A DNA stretch of 64,000 nt from Alphaproteobacteria bacterium (GTDB lineage Bacteria; Pseudomonadota; Alphaproteobacteria; UBA828), in contig OZ243972.1 of NCBI GenBank assembly GCA_965214705.1, positions 2,080,001 through 2,144,000 on the forward strand, in the 5' to 3' direction. The notes under the pieces were generated by a model. That model did not search any database and was not told the origin of the DNA. It saw only the letters and a program-made list of their open reading frames with translations. Within the stretch, counting starts at the first letter, position 1. Each line of letters starts with the position of its first letter. Shown piece by piece: positions 20,508 through 31,058 of this stretch. A program made the position numbers and the translations under genes.

Positions 20508-20945
20508 TTACTGCAGGACCCGTCTCAGCCAATCGCGCGTGACGGCCTCTCGGTCGCTCCGCCGCTCGGCGGGACAGATCTCCCAGCGCGGCTCCTCGAA
20601 GTTGTCCGCGGTATCGATAATGATGTAGCGGCGGCCGTCGCACTTCAGATCGACCCGGCCATTGGTGCCGATGATCCACAGCGCGTCCGGCGCGAGCTTG
20701 ATCACCCGATCGGTACGGTCGTGGAGTTCGAGCGTCGGAATCCGTGTCGCCTCGACACCGAACACCTGCATCATCTTCTCGTGCATGAGCACGGATGCGC
20801 CCCGACGAGCCTCCCAAACGTCCGGCAACCATTCTCCGATCATCGCGTAGAGCCCGTTCAGACGCGCTTCCCAGTCTTCGACGCGCCGCCTGACGTGCTC
20901 CGCGTCGATGGCATCGCTGGTGACCTCCTCCAGAACCGTCTTCAT
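20508..20945 (-). CDS. Hypothetical protein
   Basis: MKTVLEEV...ALWIIGTNGRVDL; GGAG RBS. Confidence 0.7.
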   Translation of the reverse strand: MKTVLEEVTSDAIDAEHVRRRVEDWEARLNGLYAMIGEWLPDVWEARRGASVLMHEKMMQVFGVEATRIPTLELHDRTDRVIKLAPDALWIIGTNGRVDLKCDGRRYIIIDTADNFEEPRWEICPAERRSDREAVTRDWLRRVLQ

Positions 20946-21299
20946 CGAACCGCTCCACCCTGCCGCCCGGTCGGCGGGCCCATTCATTATCCGCGCCGCG
21001 GCATGCGGAGTTCTGCGCACCGTTCGGCGTGTGCTCTTCAGAAAGCAAGGGCCGTTCCCCGGGGGACGGCCCTTGAGCCGACAGCATGCTGCCGGCGGGT
21101 AACTGCGGTCTCCTTACATCGTTGGGTTCGGTCGAGCAACCGGTGCGGCGGTGCCGCGGATGGCGACAGCACGCTTCCGAAGGCGTGATATCGTCCGCAT
21201 GCGCGCGATGGCTGCGTCCAGCCTTTGGCTCCAACCCGAGCGGGGCGTAGCGGTTTGTCTGGTGGTGCTGCTGGAACAGGCATGACGGGAACCTGGACG

Positions 21300-21637
21300 A
21301 TGAACACCTCCGACTGCTCCGTCGAACGCGGCAGCGGCAACGTATTCGCCGACCTCGATCTTCCCGATGCCGATTCTCACCTGCTGAAGGCCGAACTCGT
21401 GAGCCGCATTGACGACATCATCCGACAGCGCCGCACGACCGAGGCGAATGCCGCACCCGCGCTTGGTCTCTTGCAACCCGAGCTGTCGCGACTGCTTTGC
21501 GGTGAATTCCGCGCGTACTCGCCGGGGCGTCTTTTCACTTCCTGATGGCCCTCGGCTGCGATATCGACATCGTCATCCGACCTTCAGGTTCGGACACCGG
21601 AGGAACACTCCGCATCGCGCCATCCGAAGTCAGCTGA
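21300..21637 (+). pseudogene. HTH_37/HigA-like antitoxin, frameshifted near 21538
   Basis: GSGNVFADLDLPDA...KAEL; continues ALGCDIDIVIRP in another frame. Confidence 0.8.
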
Positions 21638-22008
21638 TGGCACCGCAGCCAGATCATGCGCCGAACGGGATCGCTGCGACATTGGCGGACCACCACCACG
21701 CCATCGTTCGGCGTCGGTGCATCACGACCCGGTTTGTCTCCGATATCGGCGATCCGATGACCCACCCGGCCCGGCCGCGTCGGGCTCGCGCGCCGTTTCG
21801 GCGCGTTGCTTCCAACCCGGCGCGCTGACGATCCTGAGAACCGTGTCCAGACCCGGAATTCGCTATCCTCGGAGGGCCTCGCAGGGCCCTTCTCGCGACA
21901 GGTGTCGGCGCTGGTCCAGGAACACGGGCACTTGATCGTCTTGGTGGAGGTTGCGGTGCTTCCGTTGCCCGGCGGGCCCGCAACCGCGCGCGCCGCCTCG
22001 TCGAGGCG

Positions 22009-22314
22009 TTAGATGACGGCGGTAATCGCCAGTCTGCACTTCATCAGCTGGACGAGCGAACCCACCAGTGCGTCGGCTTGACGTTCGGCAAAGCCTGCGG
22101 CGACGAGTTCTTCCGTGGCAACCCGGGTGTCGAACCGAAATTCGCGTTGTGCCGTTTGCGACGGTTCGTCGAGATGCTTGTCGCTGGCGATTTTCTGCCT
22201 GATCAGCCGGACGAGCAGACACACATAGGCGTCGGCTTGCTGCCTGGGCATATCCGCTGCGACGAGCTTCTTGAAGAAGGCGTGTGTGTCGAACCGGATT
22301 CTGGGTCGTTCCAT
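22009..22314 (-). CDS. Protein with two DUF1640/CCDC90-like head repeats
   Basis: RFDTHAFFKKLVAADMPRQQADA and RFDTRVATEELVAAGFAERQADA. Confidence 0.65.
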   Translation of the reverse strand: MERPRIRFDTHAFFKKLVAADMPRQQADAYVCLLVRLIRQKIASDKHLDEPSQTAQREFRFDTRVATEELVAAGFAERQADALVGSLVQLMKCRLAITAVI

Positions 22315-22644
22315 CGGCGCATCCTAACCCCCTTGTTGCACGATTGGGAACATGCGATCCGAATTCGGGTCCGTTTCCGGCAGGCTCTCCTCATTCCCGT
22401 AGTGCCTCAGGGCACGCCGGCGCCGGCACTCGGTCCGAACGACTGAGTATTCCTGAAGCGCTGGATCTCGTCGAAGGCATCGCACACCTGTCCAGGTCGC
22501 CAAGCGGGCGCACTGATGCCGAGAACCATGACCGTCCGACAAAATGCGATTGCAGCATGCGGCTCGGGCATGGATTCGACCTCGATGGGCATTTTCTTTC
22601 CTGCTTATCCGTGACACTCCGCCGGACAGCGTGTATGTTCTCAA

Positions 22645-24797
22645 CCCAGGTTGGCACTTTTGTCCTACCCATGTCCTTTATCATGTTGATGTAACGCGAT
22701 ATTTCTCTCGGCCGATTCCAACATGGCACTACATTTTGTTGGATTCTGTCAGTTCGGCAGGCGGGTCCTCGTGCGGTGGATGGCGGGTTCCACGCCCGCC
22801 GCCGAGGAGATTGCGGCAACCTCAGCGGCCGGGCGCGTGTCCTGTCGATTGACGATCAAGGTGCCGTCGGTCTGGCGCAGGCGCGTGGTGATCCGCACCC
22901 AGGTCCGCATGCTCTCGCGGATCGATGCCCAGCACTTGTGGATGTCCCGCGCGGCCAGCCGGGAACGGATCAGATGCACGGCGTGGTAGGCCAGCACGGC
23001 GATCAGCAGGTGGGCCGCGATGCGCCGGTCGAGCTGGTGCCAGATCGGGCGAAGGCCGAGTTCGGATTTCAGGCTTCGGAATGTCGCCTCGATATCCGTG
23101 ATCCGCCAGTACGTCCGCAGGACCGTCTCGATATCCCAGTCGACGTGGCTGGTGCGCAGCACATAGGCGCCCGCGCCCTCATCGGCCTCGTCGTATCGCG
23201 GCCTGCGCTTGAAGCGCACGGCGGTGGCATTGGGGCCGGTGTCCGCCTTCTCGACCGTGATCTCGTAGTGCCTGGCGACGGCGGAGAAGCGCTGCTTGAG
23301 GCGGCCTATGCTCTCCAGCACCTTGTCGTAGCGCTTGAGGCGGCCCTTGACCGCAAGGCCGCCGTGGAGCCTTTGCAGCGCCGCCTCGAAGCGGTTCCGC
23401 CTCAGGCCGATGATCGCGTTCTCGGCCTTCTCTTGCCCTCGCTGACGACGTAGAGCCGCGCCTCGCCGTCCTCGCTGGCAAGCCGCCAGGCCCGCACCTC
23501 GTGGCGCGCGCTGGTGATCAGCAGGGCCTCGGGTCCGCCCTCGGGCGGCGCAGGCCTGGCACCGCGGCTGACCGCGATCCAGTCGTAGCCCTGCTCGCCC
23601 AGCCAGACGATGTTCTCCTCGGTGGCGATGCCCGCGTCCATGACCACCGTGGGCTTCGCCGCCGTGCCGCCGCATACCGCCTCGAGCCGGGCCAGCGCCT
23701 CGTGCAGCGTGCCCGGCTCGCTCACGTTGCCGGGCAGGATCTCGCAACTGCGCGGGAAGCCCGCACCGTCGAGCGCCAGCGTGATGAGGGGACAGTCGTC
23801 GCGCTTCTGCTTGGAGCGCCCGAACCTGGGAAGCTCGCCGTCGGTGTGGCCGTGGTAGTGGACGTTGGTGAGATCGTAGAAGGCGATCGTCTCGGGCAGG
23901 TCGAGCAGCGCGCGCTCACGGTTGAACAGTTCCCTCTGGATGGCGGCCCGGTGGCGCCAGAGCAGGTCGCCGATGCGGTAGAGCGTCTTGCGCCGCAGCG
24001 CCTTGCGGTCGCCCTCCAGGCCCAGGAGCTCGGCGGCCGCGCTGTCGTGGCGGAGCCAGCGGCTGGTATCACGCTCGCTGGCGGGATGGACCATCCTGGC
24101 GACGATCAGCGCGCTGGCGATGCGTCCGTCGCGGCCCTTGATGTCGAGGCCGTGGAGGATTTCGGCGAAGCCAAGGTCGTCGAGGGCCTTGAGGCACAGG
24201 CGCTCGCAGCCGACGGTGCGCGGGTTCTCATGCTCCAGGGTATCGAGGTCGACGGTGGCGATCTCGGGCTTGCGCGCCTCTTCCTGCATCGCCTCGGCAC
24301 GGAACCCCCTGGCCCTGAGCTTGGCGACGATGTCCTCGGCTGCGGCCTGCACGTCCGGGACGGCTTGGAGCAGCGGCGGGCGGCCGTGCAGCAGCGCCTC
24401 GGCGAGTTCGGCCACTTCGCGCCATTTCTCCTTCGGCACCGGATAGTCGGTGCCGAGGTTGAGGAGCGTGCGCTGCCTGACCTTGTCGCCGATGCGCTGG
24501 GAGAGCACGAGGCGATGGCTTCGGACGGGCTTGCCGTCGGTGGTGTGGGTCTTGGTTGCCCTGATGAACATGTCGCCCGTCGCGAGATTGTTGCGAGGGG
24601 CCAAGATTTGTCGGCTTGGGGTCTGGGGTCAAGGGAAAATCGTCAATACCTAACAAATCCTGGCACTACAACGCGCTTCCAGCGCCTCAATTACACATAT
24701 AGTGGCATCATCTCGGAGCTACCCCAATATGTGGTACTTCGGTCCGCAAAATATGGGCAGACCGGCATTGAGCAACCGGAAAAAGTGCCAACTTGGG
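22645..24797 (-). mobile_element. IS1634-family element A, copy 3 (2153 bp)
   Basis: Same IRs; TSD TCAA. Confidence 0.95.
22749..24571 (-). pseudogene. IS1634 transposase with a 1-nt deletion near 23430
   Basis: AAGAAGAAG reduced to AAGAGAAG relative to copy 2; may be a read error. Confidence 0.85.
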
Positions 24798-24828
24798 TCA
24801 ATATGTTCCTGATGCGGAGGTCACGGAT

Positions 24829-25764
24829 ATGGCGTTCAAAGTGGCATCGCGGGTGCGCGGGATGAGCGACGAGGCCTTTCGCAAGGCCTTCGGCAGAGAG
24901 GAGCAGTGCCTCGCGGCGCTGGTCCGGCTGCGCTGGCCCGACGGCTTCGTCTGTCCCTCCTGCGGCCATCGCGGGCATTGCCTGCTGGCGGGCCGGGGGC
25001 TCTACCAGTGCAACCGCTGCAAGAGGCAGACCTCGCCCACGGCGGGCACCATCTTCCATTCGACCAAGCTGCCGCTGACACTGTGGTTCGCGGCCATCCA
25101 CCTGATCGTGACGGCGAAGAACGGCGTCTCGTCGGTGGAACTCGGCCGCCGGCTCGGGGTCAAGCAGCCGACGGCCTGGGCCATGAAGCACAAGATCATG
25201 GCAGTGATGGCGCGGCGCGAGGGGGAGACGCGGCTCTCGGGCCGGGTGGAGATGGACGACGCCTATCTCGGCGGCAGGCGTTCCGGCGGCAAGCGGGGCC
25301 GGGGTGCGGCCGGCAAGACGCCCTTCGTCGCCGCAGTCTCGACCGGCCCCGAGGGGCGCCCGCGCAAGCTGAAGCTGGTCCCGGTCAAAGGCTTCCGCAA
25401 GCGAGAGATCGCGCGCGGCGCCCCGCGCTGGCTGGCTCCCGGATCGGAGGTCGTGACGGACGGCCTCGGCTGCTGGAGCGCGCTCGACGAGGGTGCTTGC
25501 AGCCATCGGGCGATCCGCACCGGCGCAGGCCCCAAGGCGGCCCGCGTGGCCTCGTTCAAATGGGTCAACACGACGCTCGGCAACATCAAGAGCGCGGTCA
25601 CCGGAACCTACCGCAAGCTCGGCCCCGACCATGCCGAGCGCTACCTCGCCAGCTTCGCCTGGCGCTACAACCGGCGCTACCACCTCAAGACCATGATCCC
25701 GCGCTTCGTCCACAGCGCCGCACGAACCAACCCGATGCCTTATCGCATCCTCGTCGCAGGATGA
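24829..25764 (+). CDS. IS1595-family transposase
   Basis: RWPDGFVCPSCG zinc ribbon, VEMDDAY, VVTDG, YLASFAWRYNRR; GGAGG RBS. Confidence 0.93.
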   Translation: MAFKVASRVRGMSDEAFRKAFGREEQCLAALVRLRWPDGFVCPSCGHRGHCLLAGRGLYQCNRCKRQTSPTAGTIFHSTKLPLTLWFAAIHLIVTAKNGVSSVELGRRLGVKQPTAWAMKHKIMAVMARREGETRLSGRVEMDDAYLGGRRSGGKRGRGAAGKTPFVAAVSTGPEGRPRKLKLVPVKGFRKREIARGAPRWLAPGSEVVTDGLGCWSALDEGACSHRAIRTGAGPKAARVASFKWVNTTLGNIKSAVTGTYRKLGPDHAERYLASFAWRYNRRYHLKTMIPRFVHSAARTNPMPYRILVAG

Positions 25765-26497
25765 GAATCAGGGATAAGCAGGTTTTCTTTTGCGGCGCAG
25801 GACTGGTAGCGGTGTCGGTCCAGGTCGTACTTGAAGCGAGTGCCACGACCGATGGGTAAACCTCCCGCAGCAGACGCTCCGATCGCCTCGAATTTCAGAG
25901 TAGGCAAATCGCCGGGGCATCTCTCTGACCCAGCGACGCCCGATGAGAAGGTGCGGCGTCTGGTCAGCGCGTTTCTCCCTGAACTTCCCCAATGTTGGGG
26001 ACGCGCGAAACGCACAAGCGCTTTATCGTTCCCACCGGTATCGGCGCAGCCGGGAACAGACCCAGGAAGAGCTGCCCTGGGTCCGGCTATCGACACGGAA
26101 CGCGTCTTGCGTTTGGGCGAGACGCATTCGGAACACCAGGAGTGCCAATTTCCGCAACCGCCCGAACCCGATCCCGCACAAACTCCCGCACGCCATGCAG
26201 GCTGAACGGGCTCGATGAGCGAAACGCCATCGGCGAATGTACCGAGCCGGGACTGTATCGGGCGTCTCCGCGATACAGGCCCGGCCGCCCATCGTCGATG
26301 TGTGCATGTACCGCGCTCGCCGTCCGCCCGATATTCGGCACTCGTCGAGGAGAGCGACCGATGACGACCGTGACACTTCAGACTGCGCCGCAATGCCATG
26401 CCCGCCGGGCACTGTCCAGCAGGCGGTCCGGCTCGTTCGCCCGCTGCCGGTGCGCGTCGGCACGCTCGATCCTCTGTCACACCTCGGATCGACGGCG

Positions 26498-26746
26498 GTG
26501 ACGAAGAGGGTCACCAGAACCGAGACCCGGGCCGCAACGGGCGCGCTCCTTCCCGAATTCCTCCGATCCCACGAGGCGGCGGCCATCCTGCGATTGAGCG
26601 TGCGAACCCTCGACACCTACCGGTCGAAGGGTGGAGGGCCCGCCTACTTCGTGTTTGGCAATCATGTCGCGTACGCCCGCACCGACCTCGCGAAATGGGC
26701 TGCCGCGCGGCGGAGCTGGACCACCGCTCATGCGGACACTCTCTGA
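26498..26746 (+). CDS. Excisionase-like HTH_17 protein
   Basis: FLRSHEAAAILRLSVRTLDTYRSKGGGPAY; start uncertain. Confidence 0.8.
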   Translation: MTKRVTRTETRAATGALLPEFLRSHEAAAILRLSVRTLDTYRSKGGGPAYFVFGNHVAYARTDLAKWAAARRSWTTAHADTL

Positions 26747-26997
26747 ACGGGCCGAAGCTGTAGCGGGAACGGATCCGCCAGGGAGGTGGAGGAGGTGGAC
26801 GGGTTCGCGGTGATATCGAGCGTCCTCACATCCAGGCTTCGCCTTCCCGGGCGGTCATCGCGCCGGTCGCCGCGGGCGCTGTCCCAAACTGCGGGTGGAG
26901 CGGTGGCAGGCAAGCGCGCCGGTCGCCACGGACTCCGATGGCTCCGTACCTCCGGTTGTATCGGCGAGCGCGCCAGCTTGACCGATCGGCGAAGACG

Positions 26998-27681
26998 ATG
27001 CCCGTGACGAAGCTCGACATCGAGCTCCAGCGCGTCATCGCGGCCTGGCTCGAACGCTCCGGCATGAGCGCCGAGATGCTCGGCGAGCTCGCGCTTGAAG
27101 ACGCCGGTTTCGTGGCGGAGCTGAACCGTGGCCGCTCGCCGCAGCTCGACGCGGTCGATCGGCTCCTCGGCTTCATGGACATCGCACCCATCGGTCCGCG
27201 GTTCCGCCAGGAGATCGAGGCGTTCCTCATCGTCACCCACACCAGGCCGACCGTGCTCGGCGCCAACGCCGTCGGGAAATCCTCTTTCGTGTGGGAGCTG
27301 AGAAGCGGGACGTCGCCGACGCTCAAGAGCACCTACCAGGTGAGGACGTGGATGCACGGCTTTGCCAATGAACTCGACCGCACCGCCATCGCGTGGCTGA
27401 TCGCGAACGATGCACCCGCCCCGCCCTATGGGCTCTCCGCGGTATTCGCGCCCTGGACCGATGACGACCGTGGCTTGGGGACGCTCGACGAGAGGACCTT
27501 TCTCACCGTGCGCGAGGCGGCGACGCTCCTCGGCCTCACACCCCGAACGCTCGACGGCTACCGGGTCACCGGCGATGGACCGGCGTTTCACAGGTTCGGG
27601 TCCCGGGTGTTGTACGCGCGCTTCGACGTCGAGGCGTGGGTGAAGGCGAAGCGCCGACCAAGAGTTTCGAGCGTCGCGTGA
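26998..27681 (+). CDS. Tandem Cro-like HTH x2 + HTH_17 protein, paralogue 1
   Basis: Two ~55-aa repeats joined by PIGPRFRQEIEAFL; LTVREAATLLGLTPRTL...GDGPAF. Confidence 0.8.
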   Translation: MPVTKLDIELQRVIAAWLERSGMSAEMLGELALEDAGFVAELNRGRSPQLDAVDRLLGFMDIAPIGPRFRQEIEAFLIVTHTRPTVLGANAVGKSSFVWELRSGTSPTLKSTYQVRTWMHGFANELDRTAIAWLIANDAPAPPYGLSAVFAPWTDDDRGLGTLDERTFLTVREAATLLGLTPRTLDGYRVTGDGPAFHRFGSRVLYARFDVEAWVKAKRRPRVSSVA

Positions 27682-27815
27682 TGGCTCCCGGCTCCAACCA
27701 GGACCGCGTCGCAAGCGCACGGGCGGGCGCGAAGCCCTTGGAGCGGTTCCACGCGATCGCATTCCCCCATTGGCCACCGACGTGAGCGGCTGAATTCCCG
27801 CAGGAGTGTGCCCCC

Positions 27816-28520
27816 ATGACGACGCTCGACGATTCCATCCGCCAGGCCATCGAGGCGTATCTCGCGCGCACTCGTCTGAGCGAGCGGAAACTGGGCGCGT
27901 TCGCAGTCGGCGACCCTGCACTCATCCCGCGAGTCAGGGCGGGCGGCTCGATGCGGCTCGGCACCGCCGACCAGCTGCTCACCTACATGAAGGAGGAGCC
28001 CATCGGTCCGGCTTTCCGCAGCGAGGTCGAGGCGTTCCTGTCCGAGACCGGCATCGGGGAGCGCACGTTCGGGTCCAAGGCCGCCGGAGACCCCTCGTTC
28101 GTGACGAGGCTCCGGAGCGGGGCGTCGTCACGGCTGTCCACCGTCCAGCGGGTGCAGGGGTGGATGCGCGCCCACAAGGATGAGCTCATCCGCGCCGCAG
28201 CCGCGCGGAAGCAGGCCGAGCTCAGGGAGACATCGGATGCCCCCTCTTCGGGCTCGGTCACGAAGGACACGCTCGACGCCTCGGCGCCGCAGCTACAGTC
28301 CGGCGACGAGAGCGCACTCGAGAGAACAATTCCCGCCGAGGCCGATTCGAAGATGTTCTTCACGACGAGCGAGGCCGCGGCCCTTCTCACACTCTCGCCC
28401 CGCACACTCGACCGCTATCGTGAAACGGGTAAAGGACCTCCGTTCTTCCGGATGGGGGCTGCCATCCGGTACCTGCGATCCGATCTCATGGAATGGGCAT
28501 GGGCGCGGCGCCAGGATTGA
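27816..28520 (+). CDS. Tandem Cro-like HTH x2 + HTH_17 protein, paralogue 2
   Basis: IEAYLARTRLSERKLG and VEAFLSETGIGERTFG repeats; FTTSEAAALLTLSPRTL. Confidence 0.85.
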   Translation: MTTLDDSIRQAIEAYLARTRLSERKLGAFAVGDPALIPRVRAGGSMRLGTADQLLTYMKEEPIGPAFRSEVEAFLSETGIGERTFGSKAAGDPSFVTRLRSGASSRLSTVQRVQGWMRAHKDELIRAAAARKQAELRETSDAPSSGSVTKDTLDASAPQLQSGDESALERTIPAEADSKMFFTTSEAAALLTLSPRTLDRYRETGKGPPFFRMGAAIRYLRSDLMEWAWARRQD

Positions 28521-28614
28521 GTTCGCGACCGGGTCTGATGAGGTCATGGTCATCGACCGTCCCGAAGCGAGGTGGGCCGCGCGACAAGCTGAATCGCAAC
28601 CGGAGTATGCCTTC

Positions 28615-29229
28615 ATGACGACGCTCGACGACTCCATCCGGGGAACCATCGAGGCGTATCTCGCGCGCACGAACATGAGCGCAAGGAAATTTGGCGTGCT
28701 GGCGCTCGGCGACCCCGGCTTCGTCTCGAGTCTCAAGTCGGGACGGTCGCTGAGACTCGACACCGCCGACCGGGTGCTCCAGTTCATGGACGAAGCGCCC
28801 ATCGGCCCCAGGTTCCGCGACGAGGTCGAGGCGTTTCTGTCCCGCACGGCCATGAAGCCCTACAAGCTCGACGAGAAGGCCTTGGGTGACTCCTCGTTCG
28901 TCCAGAAGCTCATGAGCGGGGCATCGCCCCAGCTCCGCACCGTCGAGCGGCTGCGGAGCTGGATGCACGACACCCATCCCACCTCAGGCTCGGGACCACT
29001 CGTCGAAGGACGCCCTCGCGGGAGCAGACCCTCTCCGCAGGGCGCTGCTCCGACGTTCCTCTCGACGCGCAAGGCCGCGGCCCTGCTCGCGCTCTCGCCC
29101 CGAACGCTCGATCGCTTCCGAGAGATCGGTACGGGGCCCCCGTACTTCCGGTTGGGGCAACGCATCATGTACTCGCGCGAAGACCTCCTCGAATGGGCGT
29201 GGTCGAAGCGCGAGAGCCCAGAATCCTGA
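28615..29229 (+). CDS. Tandem Cro-like HTH x2 + HTH_17 protein, paralogue 3
   Basis: Starts MTTLDDSI like paralogue 2, with a similar upstream GGAG leader. Confidence 0.85.
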   Translation: MTTLDDSIRGTIEAYLARTNMSARKFGVLALGDPGFVSSLKSGRSLRLDTADRVLQFMDEAPIGPRFRDEVEAFLSRTAMKPYKLDEKALGDSSFVQKLMSGASPQLRTVERLRSWMHDTHPTSGSGPLVEGRPRGSRPSPQGAAPTFLSTRKAAALLALSPRTLDRFREIGTGPPYFRLGQRIMYSREDLLEWAWSKRESPES

Positions 29230-29510
29230 ACAACGACACGTCGTGTCCCCCCGGCCCTGCGTTTGGTCACCCTGCAACCGGCGTCGCGCGCGCCGGCCTC
29301 GTCCGCCACCGCTCCAGAGCCACCTGGTGATTGCGGCGCTTCACGGAATCTGCCGAGGATCCGCACATGCAGCGCCTGCCCGGCGCCGAGAATGTCGGAG
29401 CCGGACGCCGCGTGGGCCGGAGGGTCGCCGACGGCTGCGAGCGCGGATTGAAAAAAGCCGCACTCGGTATTACAAAGGGATCATGAAGACGGGCGCTCGC
29501 GAGGGCCAGA

Positions 29511-29894
29511 TTGCAGACGTTCAAGACCAAGGCGTTCGCCCGGTTCGCCGACCGCGAGGGACTGGAGGATGCGGCCCTGTGCGAGGCCGTCCGGCGCGCC
29601 CGCGATGGGCTGATCGACGCCGACCTCGGCGGCGGCGTCATCAAGCAGCGCATTGCCCGCAAGGGCGGCGGCCGGTCCGGCGGGTTCCGCACGATCGTGC
29701 TGTTCCGCCGGGGCGCGTTGGCGTTCTTCGTCTACGGGTTTGCCAAGAGCGACCGGGAGAACCTTCGGCGCAAGGAGCTCTCGGGGCTGCGTTCGCTGGC
29801 GGAAGAGTATCTGGCGCTGGACGCGGCGGGTCTCGCGGCCGCGCAGGCGGTTGGCGCGATAATCGAGGTGGAATGCGATGACCAAGCAGTATGA
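29511..29894 (+). CDS. RelE/HigB-like toxin
   Basis: KTKAFARFA...DADLGGGVIKQRIAR...GRSGGFRT...YGFAKSD. Confidence 0.88.
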   Translation: MQTFKTKAFARFADREGLEDAALCEAVRRARDGLIDADLGGGVIKQRIARKGGGRSGGFRTIVLFRRGALAFFVYGFAKSDRENLRRKELSGLRSLAEEYLALDAAGLAAAQAVGAIIEVECDDQAV

Positions 29895-30195
29895 GAGCGA
29901 GGTGCTGGCGTCGGTGCACGAAGCCGCGCTCGGTCTGGCCGAGGCGGGCCTCATGTCGAAGCGGACCATGCGCAAGTTCGACGAGATGTGTCTCACGCCG
30001 GTCAGGGAGATGACGCCGGAGGACATCCGCGCGCTTCGGCTGCGCGAGCATGCGAGCCAGGCGGTGTTCGCGCGCTACCTCAACGTGACGACGGGTCTGG
30101 TGAGCCAGTGGGAGCGCGGCGAGAAGCGCCCGCGGGGCGCCTCCCTGAAGCTCCTGACGCTGGTGGCGAAGAACGGTCTCGGGGCGGTCGCCTGA
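29878..30195 (+). CDS. XRE/HigA-like antitoxin
   Basis: SQAVFARYLNVTTGLVSQWERGEKRPRGASLKLL. Confidence 0.9.
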   Translation: MTKQYESEVLASVHEAALGLAEAGLMSKRTMRKFDEMCLTPVREMTPEDIRALRLREHASQAVFARYLNVTTGLVSQWERGEKRPRGASLKLLTLVAKNGLGAVA

Positions 30196-30749
30196 CGGAT
30201 ACCCGCGGCCCGCCTTTTGGTGCCATTCATCGCCAGCGCCTGCACGTCGTTGGCGGGACAAAAGGCCTGGTTTGGGGGTCCTGCCATGGCGCGCCATGGC
30301 AGGATTTTCGTGCGCATGTTTTGGTGATCGTGCTCGACACAAACGTCATTTGGCGCGGTCATGGCAGACCCGGAAACGGGTATTCGGGCGCAGGTCGCGT
30401 ACTGAAGAAACGTGGTTCGGGAGCGCTGCCATCGGTGGGTCGTTGTCACCGATGACGCATGCAACGACGGCGCCACCGGCAAGACCGGGCGGCCGGCTCG
30501 TTAGCCGGCATCCGGCAACGAGTCATCGCCGCCAGGCGGTTTGATGATCGCTGGCGCCGAACCTGGACTTGGCAGAGACCACCCCTGCGGTTTCGAGCGC
30601 GGGGCGCGGGGCCTCTTCGGAGGTCCTTGCTTGATTCGTCCAGGCTGAAGCACACATCCGGTGGTCCGGCGGACTCGGGACGCCGTTGCCATCCGCCCGA
30701 GGTACGGTTCCGAACATGGCTCCATCAGGAGCCCCGTTGCCTTGACGGC

Positions 30750-31058
30750 TCCCGTCATGGTCTACGTCGTCAACGCGACGATTGACGCTTGGCAGGCCGA
30801 GAACGACGTCCTTGCAGAGAGCGAGGGGACCGCGGCGCGGGAAGCCCCGACGCCGGATGCGGCGGCTGCGCGGGCGGGTTGAGACCCAGGTGCCAAGGCT
30901 TTGCCAGCGGGGCGGGAAGGGAAGCTGCCTGCGGTGGCCCCCTCACCTGTGGAGCGTCGCCCGGATTCGTGAAGTACCGAAGTACCGCCGTTGGCAAAAG
31001 ACTGCAGAGCGGTGGCGGGCGCGGTGGAACCCAACGGCGCCTGCCCGTCAGCTGCCGT
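30750..31058 (+). repeat. Imperfect ~300-bp direct repeat, copy 1 (remnant of a paralogue of 46507..48135)
   Basis: PVMVYVVNATIDAWQAENDVL vs PVMVHIVNATIEAWQRENDVL; shared TTGAGACCCAGGTGCCAAGGCT. Confidence 0.88.

Larger units (their letters stand above)
22600..25782 (+). mobile_element. IS1595-family element with nested IS1634
   Basis: IRs CCTGCTTATCCGTGA / TCAGGGATAAGCAGG; 8-bp TSD TTTTCTTT. Confidence 0.92.

Noticed and set aside
22324-26000. A gene interrupted by the IS1595 at 22600..25782
   Set aside because: Spliced frames give no recognisable protein or convincing start.
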